Source: Stylophora pistillata
Lineage: Eukaryota
Direction: 5' to 3'
Assembly: GCF_002571385.2 (NCBI RefSeq)
Contig: NW_019217789.1
Coordinates: 1,758,138 to 1,822,137, forward strand
DNA: 64,000 bases
Position 1 is the first letter of the stretch. Every line of letters begins with the position of its first letter. The position numbers and the translations under genes are program-made. The notes beneath the pieces were generated by a model that was not told the DNA's origin, searched no databases, and saw nothing but the letters and a program-made list of their open reading frames with translations. Shown here one piece after another: positions 11,525 through 23,199 of this stretch.

Positions 11525-14351
11525 GTCTCGTGGTCAGCTACCCCGCAGATGGCCGAGAAAAATCTGGCTACACTTATGAAATTTTTCTAAAAATCCAAGC
11601 ACTGAACCTTTAACCGTCGATGTTTTTCCTCCAATCACTAAATTACAAAAATTAACTCCGGTTTCGCCGAACACGCGCGCAAATAAATATTCAAGTTTCA
11701 TTTGGTTGACTTAATTCAATACCGGTAGCTNAGCGGACACGCAAGCTCTTTCTACCTGCACTTTTTTCTGTCGGTGTTGAGGACTTTCATTTCGACGAAA
11801 CATCGCGGGAATCCGGACATTGAGAAGCGGCCTTATTCAACAGTTCATAAAACTGGCAAAAAGTGTTAGCTTTTCTTGCACAAGAAAGGCATATAATTTG
11901 AGATATGTGCGACTTGCCCCTTGACCTCGTGTGACTCTTGCCCCTTGACCTCGGGATTGAATTGGATCATTAACCATGGACGGTATTTCCTGAAATCCAT
12001 GGCAATGAAAGAAGTCGATTGTTTACCCATATCGGTTCTTACTTTGGACTTGTAAAGACTTCTTTTAACTGTACATCTGATATGGACTCAGTATGCATAT
12101 TAAAAAAACTGAAACTTGCTGTCAAATACTTCGGAAAGTCTTTCCAATTTTGCAATAAGAGTCGTAAGTTTCTGTTTTCACGAGTCTTTTAAGAAACGAC
12201 TGCAGATTCTCATAGAATACTTCTATGGCAAAAGAGTTCAGTAACGAAAAATCAAGTACTTGGAAACATCCTGGTAGTCTTCTATTCTTCCCCTGACCAG
12301 TTTAAGTCAAAGCTTTTCAAAAACTGCAAAAAACACACCACTAGGGCCGATGTAGACTTGCTCACGAGTCGCGCTTTTAAGCGCGTGAAGCGCGAGCCGA
12401 GCCAAGCGAGCGATAGCGAGCGAAAGCGCGAGTCCTACAACACCAGAACAGAAAACCAAGCGAACGACTTTGAGAAAGTCTAGGGCCGATGATAAGTAGG
12501 TCGACGTAAAGGCATGACGCACAAAATAAACACCATAATCGGGAAATATTCGAAAATAAATGGGGCCGATTATTTACACGAGTTCTAAACCGCGGTTTAA
12601 CGCGAGCAGTGGGCCTCAGGGATTCTCGTTAAGAGGGCTGATCTAATAAAATAAATGTCTTTTCTCTATTAGCTTTAGGCCCTTTAGACACTGTTCACAA
12701 AAATAAATACTTAGTTAAAAGATTCGGCTTAATTGAAGACGAGTTAAAACGCAGCTAAACTTTGTTTAGCCGCGTCCGTTGAGCCGTCACTCAACACTCT
12801 TCTCTCGCACGCTTCTTTCCTCTNNNNNNNNNNNNNNNNNNNNNNNNNNNNNNNNNNNNNNNNNNNNNNNNNNNNNNNNNNNNNNNNNNNNNNNNNNNNN
12901 NNNNNNNNNNNNNNNNNNNNNNNNNNNNNNNNNNNNNNNNNNNNNNNNNNNNNNNNNNNNNNNNNNNNNNNNNNNNNNNNNNNNNNNNNNNNNNNNNNNN
13001 NNNNNNNNNNNNNNNNNNNNNNNNNNNNNNNGGGGGGGATCTCAATAAAGCTACTGGTAGCAGTAACAAGAATTTGGGTGGGGGTACTAAACAAAGTTTT
13101 ATTTGAAGGCACTCTGATATGGCGTCCAAGCCACCTTTGTGCAATCAACTCGAGAAATCCTTACAATAGTGTATCCCTCTCTATCAGCTGAGTTCCCTAA
13201 TATGGCTGTTAATCCTTTCACTCCCAGGATCTCATTCCAAATTCTCCTTCCGGCTTACCATACAATTGTTGTGATGTTAGTTCTGGGAACTTGGTTTTGG
13301 ATCAACCAATAATCTCCCAGCTGATATTTTTCTTTATTTCTCTAGTGTATTGGGCTACATAACGTTACCACAGTGACTGAACGGACACTTCCTATAGTTA
13401 CTCAATTGTGTGGTGAATCTTCTTTCCTGAGTTAAAGTAAAATAACTAATAACGATTATGGTAAGGTATATATACGATCTTGATCATTGTATAAAGGACA
13501 GTCAAGTTAAGAGCAATGAGAGGAGTCACTTGACCTATGATTACTCCTCCATTTTCATCACTTGTCCTCTTGCCTTTGTTTTGATATTGTAAGGAGAAAT
13601 TCTGTCCCAGTCAGTCTTGAGAATTATGACGGTTAGAAGAATTTGGACCTCCCCCTGCAATAAACTGTACACCTTAGTCTTGAAACCAGAGTATTGTTAC
13701 ACCCCTTATATAGAACTTCTGCTACTAGCCTGATATAATAACAATAAAAGCTGATTAGCTTCCAACATTCTTTATTTAAGTTCTAAACTGAAAACCTTTC
13801 AATTCTATTATCTTGTTTAGTGGGGTATGGTTCTGGTATATTGCTTCCAGTGAGAGCCTTGGCCAAGAACTCATCTCCGAAGAAACTACACCAAATTTTT
13901 AATAATAGAAAATCATTATTACTAGCTTGTGGGTAGGTTTCAGCAACAAAGTATTTCATGTGACAAAAGGAAAACGATAGTGATTGTCTTTTTCCTTGAA
14001 TCATGTTGTACAGACTCAAACAGGTTTGAATTTGTATCAGTCTGTGATCAATGATAGCTGTACTTCATGATACTGAAATAAAATTACTGGTAATCAAGAC
14101 AAATTTCACTACCATTAAAATTATTGCCTAAGGTTGTAGTATACCATAACAAGTTATTAGAAAGGTGACTAGGTTTCCTAACTAACAAGTTAGCTAATCC
14201 TGCTGTAGACAACGCTTGACATAAATAATCTAAAACGTTACTACCAATCTCACTATGGCTACCAGCACTGGATTTCCACAAAAATAGCTTAAGAGCCATT
14301 ATAACTTTTCCCAAAAAGAGGGCATACATATGATAATGATATTACTCAAGG

Positions 14352-14527
14352 CAGGGCTCCACACTTATGGTAGCTTGCTAGCCACAGACTAGTAGAAATT
14401 CAATTTTGGCTAATAGTTTTTGATTTCCACTGCCAAGTTTGGCTAGTAAACAAACTGAAATTGTTGTAACATCTAAGTTGTCACTACCTACTTGGCTAGT
14501 GGGTTGAAAGGTTAGGGTCGAGCCCTG
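14352..14527. mobile_element. hAT-like MITE with 6-bp TSD
   Basis: TIR CAGGGCTC/GAGCCCTG flanked by tcaagg at 14346-14351 and 14528-14533. Confidence 0.55.
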
Positions 14528-15302
14528 TCAAGGGATGAAAAATAAAAAAATTGAGTTTGAGTTTGTTACCATACATATGTTTTGGGCCAGATCAGAGTCA
14601 TTTTAGCCAGAGTTGAGAGGCCAGGGTGAAAAGACTGCAGATAGGGCCCAAAACATGTTTATGCCCATGAACATAAACTGTTATTATTATTACTATCACT
14701 TTGAAAGGCATTCAAAAAGTAAATGAAAATAACAGACAAAAAATAAGTCTGAAAAATCATACAAGTGTGCTGGTGAGCCAAAATTTGTATTGCAAAAATC
14801 TACATTTTAGCCCACAAAATAGGCTACAATGCCCAACAAAGTAATAATAATAATTCTTCTATTTCTCACCAGAAAGTGGTCTTATGCACTCCAATGTCAG
14901 TAATGAATCATGTATTTAGTAACCTAATCAAAGGTTAATTAAATGGAGTTGAGCCCTCAATAGAATGGAGTGGAGAAAAGAGGGGGAGGTGATTGACCCC
15001 AGGGATCCATATCTTTGATATCTCCCACCGGGGGTGACCCCAAGCAACATACATTATCATACGAAAATAGCTTTTATCAGTATCCAAGGAAATAGATAAT
15101 GCTCTCTCTAAATATTCATATAAATTGATGAAATATTTGATAAAGGCATCCTAAAAATACAATCTTTTGATCTTGAACTACAGGTAGGTACTTAAGTTAT
15201 AAGCAGTAATTCTTTTTAGAAACAATATCACCATGCATTACTAACAACTCCAAGTAAATATAACTGACAAGTTAAAACAGCAGTACAATGAGAGAACTCT
15301 TT

Positions 15303-15502
15303 TTAACCCTCTACATCCTAACATCAATCAGCAAATTCTCCTTAAATTTCCTATGGTTCTTACAAGGAGAGTTTATCTAACAATCTCGAGCGTTTTGAGT
15401 CTGGGATCATTTCCCATATCCTTGTGACTTTAATGTTTAATTCAGGGTTGATTCTGTTGGGAGAAAGTAGATACTGGTCACTCTTAGCAGTTGAGAGGTT
15501 AA
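15303..15502. mobile_element. piggyBac-like MITE (TTAA-CCC...GG-TTAA family)
   Basis: TTAACCC...AGGTTAA ends. Family members at ~13209-13635, ~37325-37520 and 41876-42036. Confidence 0.55.
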
Positions 15503-16319
15503 GAGATGTGTGAAACACTCTATGTAGACAACTAGTACATTGTAAATTAAGTCAAACCTGTCTACAGATTGAAGGCCATGCTCAAAGGAAAATTGAAAGG
15601 AGCCCAGTGCTCTGAAACTATGAAATCAACGGTGCCCAGCATATGCTTTGCATGAAAAAACTAAAATACCTGAGTCACCCAAGAGCAATAGTAAGGCGCC
15701 AGGGGCCACTGGGCTCTGCTGGAGCTCAGCCATGAGCTCACATAAATAAGCTATACTGACTACAGTACATAAGAAAAATCTAGAGAAAATTCCCAAAGAT
15801 TTACATCAAAACCTTGAAGCTCACCTATGGTTATCAACAGAGACCAAAATATCAATTATTGAACCTTCTTTTATAGTAATTCCTCACTTGTACCATCTCC
15901 ATTATAAGATTAAATTTGATGGATATGTTAACTACATGAACAGAAATACAGTACACACCATCTGTGACTTATTCCCCCTCATTTACTTTAACTTTTCTTC
16001 AATTTTCTTCAAAACCCTTTTGCTGCCCAAATCTAAATTCTCCACACTGTTTGTCTTTCATCATTTATAATCTTAGATCTTAGAATCAGACAATATCCTC
16101 CTCCTAGCTGATAACTTTTTCACTTCTCATTGCCTTTCTACTTGAAATTGCATAGATTTTGTGAGGAGGAATTCAAGCTTGGTCACTTCTGGGAGTGAAA
16201 GGGTTTGTTGTTTGTGTCATTGTTCATTGAGAATGTAAAATCTAGTGAGACTTTCAAAAAAACGTAAAAATATAAGGACACCTGAATGACTCTTGCATGG
16301 AGAATTCACTTGCAAACTT

Positions 16320-17456
16320 TTAGGAACTCCAGTTGTAGAAATAAATCTTCTGCCAAGTTGGAAGGTAGTCCAGCATAGGATTCAGAAAAAGAGATATCCC
16401 AGGAACAGTCTCTGTCATAAATTTCAGGAAACCTAGAATCTTGGTCTTTGAGTAGTTATCGTAAAATGGAGATCGTAAAAGATAAAAAAGAAGCAGGAAT
16501 GTTCTTCTAGACAATTCTGATCTTTCCTCATGATTCAGTTCACTTGAATCACCCATTAGGGCTAATGATGTGACATCAACTCCACAAGAAATCAACCAAG
16601 GCTTCCACGAGGTTTGTCCAAACACAAACATACTTGAAACGTGAAGCAGGGGTCTTGAGATGTAAAGGCTCTCTGCTACAATTCTCCTGGAGGAAAGATC
16701 GGTTGGTTGAGAGGCCGTCTTGGTTTTAGAGGTTCCCTCTGGAAGTTTCCAGGAACGATTTGGGCCACATGGTGGGGCACTAAGGGACCTTACAACCCTT
16801 CCTGATCGAGGCCCTCGCCAAACTGGTCCCGTATAGCCGTTCGTCTGTGATGTTTCCTCATTTGGGACAGCTTCGTCTGAAGTGTTAAGCCTTCCAAAAT
16901 TGTCTTGATCTTCACGATCCACTTCCTCGGGTTTAACCAGCTTTGATCGATCAAAGGGTGGAATCAGAGGTGTCCGTTGGATTCCTGATTTATACTTGAA
17001 TAATAAGACGAATCTCAACGCAGCCTTTGCTATTTGCAAAATCACGACAATAATCCATTTCCCTACTTCACCCCACAAACGACTAGCTCCAAGTTCGATA
17101 AAAACCTCCAAATATTCGAGGATAGTCAGCCACAACAAGATGCGTTTTTTACTCCATGAGGATGTCACATCGCTTGTTAGACTGCTTCCTCCTTCACGAA
17201 ATATGCAATCGTTCAGCAGAGTCAAAATTTGCGATGCTGAAAACACAAGCTCGGGCAGTGCCTCGGACGCTCCAAACCGTCCGGGAAGCATATACGACAG
17301 CGCCCGCAAAATGGATTCCACCCTCGAAATTGTCTCTGGATTGAGTAGGACAAACTGTTCATACTTATGTCGAATAGCGGTGGCGTGTGCCGTTCCCAAA
17401 GCTATCAGTTCCTGCGATTTTTGGAGCAAATGCGTTAGAGAATTTCCTTCCGCCAT
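16320..17456 (-). CDS. PEX16: Peroxisomal membrane protein PEX16, single coding exon, 378 aa
   Basis: Full ORF with PEX16 motifs LSYMLPGRF...SEALPELVFSAS, LTILEYLEVFIELGA, WRGPRSGRVVRSL, AESLYISRPLLH, SWKPWL, YLLRSPFYD, YLPTWQKIYFYNW. Confidence 0.95.
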   Translation of the reverse strand: MAEGNSLTHLLQKSQELIALGTAHATAIRHKYEQFVLLNPETISRVESILRALSYMLPGRFGASEALPELVFSASQILTLLNDCIFREGGSSLTSDVTSSWSKKRILLWLTILEYLEVFIELGASRLWGEVGKWIIVVILQIAKAALRFVLLFKYKSGIQRTPLIPPFDRSKLVKPEEVDREDQDNFGRLNTSDEAVPNEETSQTNGYTGPVWRGPRSGRVVRSLSAPPCGPNRSWKLPEGTSKTKTASQPTDLSSRRIVAESLYISRPLLHVSSMFVFGQTSWKPWLISCGVDVTSLALMGDSSELNHEERSELSRRTFLLLFYLLRSPFYDNYSKTKILGFLKFMTETVPGISLFLNPMLDYLPTWQKIYFYNWSS

Positions 17457-18486
17457 TTCAGGTTTGATTTAGAGTAGCCGTTTACGCATGTCAGAAATAT
17501 TCTTTTGCGTGGACCCTGGGTATGAATTTTTGATGAAGGGGGAAGATCAAGGAACGTGACTGTGCGAAGCGGAGTCTATATTAAGAGCTCCGTTTCTGAA
17601 TGTAAAACTTGGGCGTTAAAATTCTTCCGTGGTATGTCAGTTGACGAAAGACAGTGGTTACGAGGACAGAGCTTCATGCGACGTTCAAATTGGATGTGTC
17701 ATGCAGGAGTTCTAGGTATTTTTCGTACAAATTATTTTGGACCGGAATGGGACATAAATGTGAAGATAACCACGTTAAGAACCTTAAAGCCACTCTGAGA
17801 GCTCTGACTTACGCTATGTCTATTTCACAAAGTATGATGCGAGTTCTCGACGGAAAAGTTGTGTATTTGTTCAAAATTACAGATCAAATGAGCAGTAATT
17901 TAAATTTTTGTCTCCGGATTAAAAGTGGTCCAAAACACCTTTACTGACTGGCAGAAAAATTTGCCAATTCAGCCAAATGTCGCGAGGGAATGACAATGGA
18001 ATTTCTTTCTAAGTATACCGCTGGGATTAATCGCGCTTTCGCTGCTTTTCTTAGACTTTTTGAAGTNNNNNNNNNNNNNNNNNNNNNNNNNNNNNNNNNN
18101 NNNNNNNNNNNNNNNNNNNNNNNNNNNNNNNNNNNNNNNNNNNNNNNNNNNNNNNNNNNNNNNNNNNNNNNNNNNNNNNNNNNNNNNNNNNNNNNNNNNN
18201 NNNNNNNNNNNNNNNNNNNNNNNNNNNNNNNNNNNNNNNNNNNNNNNNNNNNNNNNNNNNNNNNNNNNNNNNNNNNNNNNNNNNNNNNNNNNNNNNNNNN
18301 NNNNNNNNNNNNNNNNNNNNNNNNNNNNNNNNNNNNNNNNNNNNNNNNNNNNNNNNNNNNNNNNNNNNNNNNNNNNNNNNNNNNNNNNNNNNNNNNNNNN
18401 NNNNNNNNNNNNNNNNNNNNNNNNNNNNNNNNNNNNNNNNNNNNNNNNNNNNNNNNNNNNNNNNNNNNNNNNNNNNNNNNNNNNNN

Positions 18487-18590
18487 CTACTCCTACTCCT
18501 ACTCCTACTGCTACTGCTACTGCTACTGCTACTACTAATAATAATAAATAATAATAGTAATAATAATAATAATAAATATAATAATAATTC
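18487..18590. repeat. Compound microsatellite (CTACTC/CTACTG)n-(AAT)n next to a gap
   Basis: Directly visible. Probably the tail of the adjacent minus-strand LINE fragment. Confidence 0.9.
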
Positions 18591-18599
18591 ATTCCAAAA

Positions 18600-18950
18600 T
18601 GAATCGGCTCTTCTATGCTAAAATTACTGTACTATTCTAATTACGCTATATCATATAATTTACAATAAATCACATTCTAATTAAGAATTAAAATATAAAC
18701 AAGCGACCGGTAAAAGGCCTGAGATTCATGTTTCTAATCTCTTTCTAGCGTTATTAAAAAGATATGATGTCAAATTACTCTCAAAGGATCGAAAGTCCGT
18801 ACAGTTCCGCAGATAACTTGGTAATGCATTGAAAATTGCTGCTGCTGAGCTGTCTTGAAAAGTATCAATTTCGATGGGCTCCTTTAATCTGACTTCACAG
18901 GACGAGCGTAGATTTCTTGCTGGTACGTGTTGTTTGAGTTTTAAGTACTG
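18600..18950 (-). mobile_element. 3' fragment of a CR1/L2-group LINE
   Basis: Minus strand reads YLKLKQHVPARNLRSS...TFQDSSAAIFNALPSYLRNCTDF, typical of the C-terminus of LINE ORF2, followed by a simple-repeat tail. Confidence 0.6.
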
Positions 18951-19171
18951 GAGCCAATAGTCAAAATATAGTGCTGAAATTAAAAAAAATTAATAAAATA
19001 ATGAAAGAATAGTAATGAGGAATGTTCGTCACAGACATTATGAATAACGAAAAGAACTTTTGAAAGAAGAGAACGGAAAAATGTAGATGGTGTCTGTTGC
19101 ACAATAACTGCTTCAAGTTAAATGAGTTTACTCAAGAGCTAAACATTAAATCAGGTAAATCGAAAACTCAC

Positions 19172-19632
19172 CGACTGAAGTAGTTTTTTCGGGTGCTGTA
19201 AATTAAAAAGGAAAATAAAGAGAGAATAATGATATTAAACCTGTTTAGATTTTAATTTGTAAAGATAAAACTATAAGGTAAAAGACTGACTTTTGAAGAT
19301 CTCAAACTTGGCGCTTGTGGTAAGTGCTACGGATGCTGTAAATACAAAAAAAAAATATGAACAGCGTGAAAAAACTTCAGGAAAGTTTTAATTGCTGAAA
19401 ATGAAACAATGAAATGAAAGACTGAAAACAAACTCAGGAATGTAGATTTTATACGCACCGCTTGTGTTAGTTTTCTCGGTTACTGGAACGAGAAGAACAC
19501 GAACCGTGTGAAGTAACACAACTTCATGAAAGTTTTAAATTGTAAAGATAAAACCATGAAATCTAAGACAGAAAACAAATTCACGTGCTTTGATTTCAAA
19601 CTTACCTCTTGTGGCGGTTGATGCATCGGTTG
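19172..19632 (-). other. Array of four phase-1 micro-exons (27, 24, 24, 24 nt) encoding Thr/Ser-rich peptides
   Basis: 19632-19606, 19482-19459, 19335-19312 (donor degenerate: ccaagt) and 19195-19172. Each is preceded by ...cag; the intervening introns share duplicated sequence. Confidence 0.6.
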
Positions 19633-19831
19633 CTGCAATCGAAAAGAACACTGGAGTAAGGTAAAATTACATAATCATTGGAGGGTCAAACATTGACTTA
19701 TTAAAAAATTCAAAACTTGAAGATTCCAAAACTTTTAACAAATCTAGACCCTGCCAATTATGCAGTTGTCATTACAGTAAAGTTATTGAGTAAAAATGAA
19801 ATGAGACGGACAAAGAGATCAAATCCTTGAC

Positions 19832-22800
19832 CTACTCAGCGTCTAAAAGTAAGAGGGAACAACTTCTGAAAAAAATTGAGCAGAATTTTGGTTAAATGAA
19901 ACAGTTTGTACACGAGGATATATCACACAGAATTCCAGTCTTCAATTTTGTCATATTTAGACTGCGCGTGATTGAGTAGCTCTCTGACGCATGGTGACCA
20001 ACATCTAATTTCTACGCACAGTATTACCCTAAATCACAACAATGAAGGAAATGATCACGGACCAAAGAAGCTAGACACATGTTCGTATTAACACTTAAGG
20101 AAACGTATAGAGAACACAATGGAGAATATGCATACTGATGTTGGGGTACAACGGTTAAAGGTGTAGTAGAGATGACCGTTGTTGGAGTTCAAAAGGGAAT
20201 TCGTCTGCGTAGCTTTTGAGAAATATAACCTAAACCCAAGGGCGTAGTCTAAAGACAGAGTACAAGATAACTTGTAACCAATTATTAACAAAAGGAAAAA
20301 GAAGACGTGTTAGGTATGTTTCCAGCCGGAAAAGCAAAAACGTCTTTATATCTCACTTACTTTCTGGCTTGATAGTGTATACATACAGCGAAAAATCTTC
20401 TCCAGCACACAATTTGGAACTGTTCATTTGTGTCTTGCACTCCATCGCACTCCTTTGTGTATTTTCCTTGACCATCGTACATTTTTTAGATGAGCCATGT
20501 CGTTTATAGCTGACACCTCCACCCCATCATTCAGCATAGTACTTCATCCCTAAGTAATCGTAGTTCTTTTCTTTCCCTAGTTTTGCACATTCGCAGGTAA
20601 ACCTTCGAGATAAAATCAAAAGAAGAAATTTGATATTCTAAGGTAAAGATAATGGCGGTCTTTACATTCCAAGTGACACTTAGCGCCTGAGCTTATCCTG
20701 CTTCTCATTCTATGATGGAAAACTTGTAACTCTTTCTGAATGGACTCAATGATACGGTCAGGGTTCAAACCTTGACTCTTCCATCTGGTGTCCAACGTGC
20801 TCCTCATTGGACCGCTGTGTTTCCGTCACATATGTTGTATAACGTAAATCACGTAAATCGCGCGCTGTGATTGGTCAATTCAGTGTCTACTATTTTCCCA
20901 TAGGTGTACGCTGTTGACGTGAGCAAATGTTTCCAAGTAAGCAAATGTTTCGCAAGATTGTTTTTTATGTTATAAAATAAGAGTCGCTCTCGCATATCGC
21001 CTCGAACGACTCTTACACTTCTTCCGTTCTTAGTAAACTCCCGCGTGCATCCATAACTCAATAGTGTACGCTGTCGTGTTTACCGTTTGTTACTGATTAG
21101 AATGATTCTATCTAAAAAATGTAGACTCATTTACATTTCCCCATTTACCTGTCAAGGAAGTTTGCCCAGTCGTTCTAGTTAAGGGGCTCGCCAGAGTAAG
21201 ACTGAACTTGGATCTCTTGCCGTGAGTAGTAGGTTTGGTAAAGCTCGAAGTGAAGGGTCTTTTATATCCTGAAAACAACGAGCCTGCTTACGATCCAAAG
21301 GACATTTGGGCTGTTGCCGTTGATAACAGCCTGGGTTGGAAGCAAGAAGAAAGAAAAGCGAAGCAATACTTAGAGAACTTATTTCTGTGGAAGATCATTT
21401 CACAATTTTCTTTAATGTTCACATCGAAGAAAGAGAATCATTTTGTCATCATGTCCCCATTTGCTGGCACACATTTTTTGTAATATCAGTTCAGATAATT
21501 TGGTGATAAACGAAGTAGTATTCCTTGTTACAGGTCAGAGATCGAAAATAGTTCTAGCAAATGGATTGTGACAGAATTTTCTCCTTGTAGAACCGTCTGC
21601 TTGCAGAAAAGTTTCCGTCAAAATGGCTAGCGGCCTACAATACCCGCAGCACGACAATAATTTACTTACCTTTTCGCAGCTTGTAAACGAAATTGAAAGC
21701 TCCTCTAAAACAAGTCTGCCCTTGCTTTCTTTGTTCATCACATGACTCGAAAGCGCACTTATTGTCCTGAACAGCTGCCAGACGAACCCTTTCGACCATC
21801 CCTAGGGCTCACTCCGAACCAACATGCTCCATAGAACTCGATACCAAAATAATCTAAGTTCATTTTTTCGGCTTTTTTGGCACAAGTCACAGACAAATCT
21901 ATGAGTGAAATATCATAGTGGTTTAGTGTAGCTTTATCTAGAGATCACTTTTATTGACAATTTCAGTGATGGAGGACCAAAAGTAAGTCACGATTATCTT
22001 GAATCATTTTATTGATTATGTAATCTGATCGCCCAAGTGAGAGTGAACCACGCCGCTGGAAAGGAATGTTACGGACGTTTCGACAACCTTACCTAAAGTC
22101 ATCATTTGAGTCACGGCATCTCTTGTGATTGGTTCAGTAAACGGGTGCCTCTCTCTTAAATGATCAAAGGCATATCCAAAACCAGTTACAACAAAGTTGC
22201 ATTCCTGCTTTTAAATTAAGTTTAGTTCTTTGTGTTCACTTTGAGATCTCATTGGCCCCTTGTTGACATCTTATTTTGATTAGTTATTTTGGTTTGGGTT
22301 TTCGGACCTCTGAAGTATTCACGCAAAAACAAATTAGATGTATCCCTAGTTACCTGTCAATGAAGTTCGCCCAGTCTCCCCAATTTATCTTTTCTCCGAA
22401 ATAAACTTTTGATGCTGGATCTTTGGCTGTAAGAAGCAGTGTGAACAACGCCCTATTTTCCAGGGGAGTCTGCTATGTCTGCAAAACAACCGATTGGCTC
22501 GTACTTCTTAGGGCACTGAGGCTGCCGGAATTGCCAACAACCTGGTCCGATTACTAAAAAGAAAATAAAGAAGTTTGCATTTCCTTATTTTGTGTTCCAT
22601 ATATGAGCAGAAATCTAGGTCGAAACACATTTTAGATAATGAAGTCTCCGCAGTAGCCATTTGAACTTATTGTTATGAATTCAGGCTGAATTTTTCTGGA
22701 AAGTGTTGGTGACAAGGTATTCCCATTGAATGATGGGAATAAATCGCTGAGAAATTGTTGGTGGAAAACAAGGCTTCTTCCACCGAAATTTGTGTTTTTT

Positions 22801-23064
22801 AAGAAAATGCCTAAATTGTAATGGAAGCGGAAATCATTAGAATTAAGACTTTAATGATGAATTCCGCTCAGGTTTTTTAAACATTTGTGATTGCATGCTG
22901 CATATTCTCACGGTGAAGATCCGAGTACATAATTAATTGAGTTCTTGCTTAATAGCATTTAACTTACAGTCGTCTTTCTTCTTACCAGCTCTCTTTGGCG
23001 AGCCTTGGACCGAAGTGGAGAAGAGAAGAACGGTCACCGAGAACAGGCACGAAGATGTTCTCAT
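19832..23064 (-). pseudogene. Secreted protein with two Cys-rich WSC-like domains, disabled
   Basis: Signal-peptide exon 23064-22986 (MRTSSCLFSVTVLLFSTSVQG); exons 22541-22354, 21898-21670, 21330-21149, 20602-20361; possible last exon 19842-19832. Repeat pattern GCFxD..RAL..LLLTAxDP..W.NF.DR/F.C.CAK.....DYxG.xxYxxCW.G. Frameshifts at ~22458, ~21885 and ~21200; in-frame stop at 20529-20527. Confidence 0.7.
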
Positions 23065-23199
23065 CTTAAAGCTGATGAGGGAAATAGAATGAAAGAAATC
23101 TCTACTTTGAAGAAACGACGAGCTGAACAGTACCTCTGCGTGTGGCCTTTTTTACGGGATCTGTTCGATTCGTTTCATCTTCTCTAAAATCATAAAGTA

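Noticed and set aside
20527-20529. In-frame TGA at a conserved Cys position (YYAE*WG) as possible selenocysteine
   Set aside because: The same gene has several frameshifts and I saw no convincing SECIS; a nonsense mutation is simpler.
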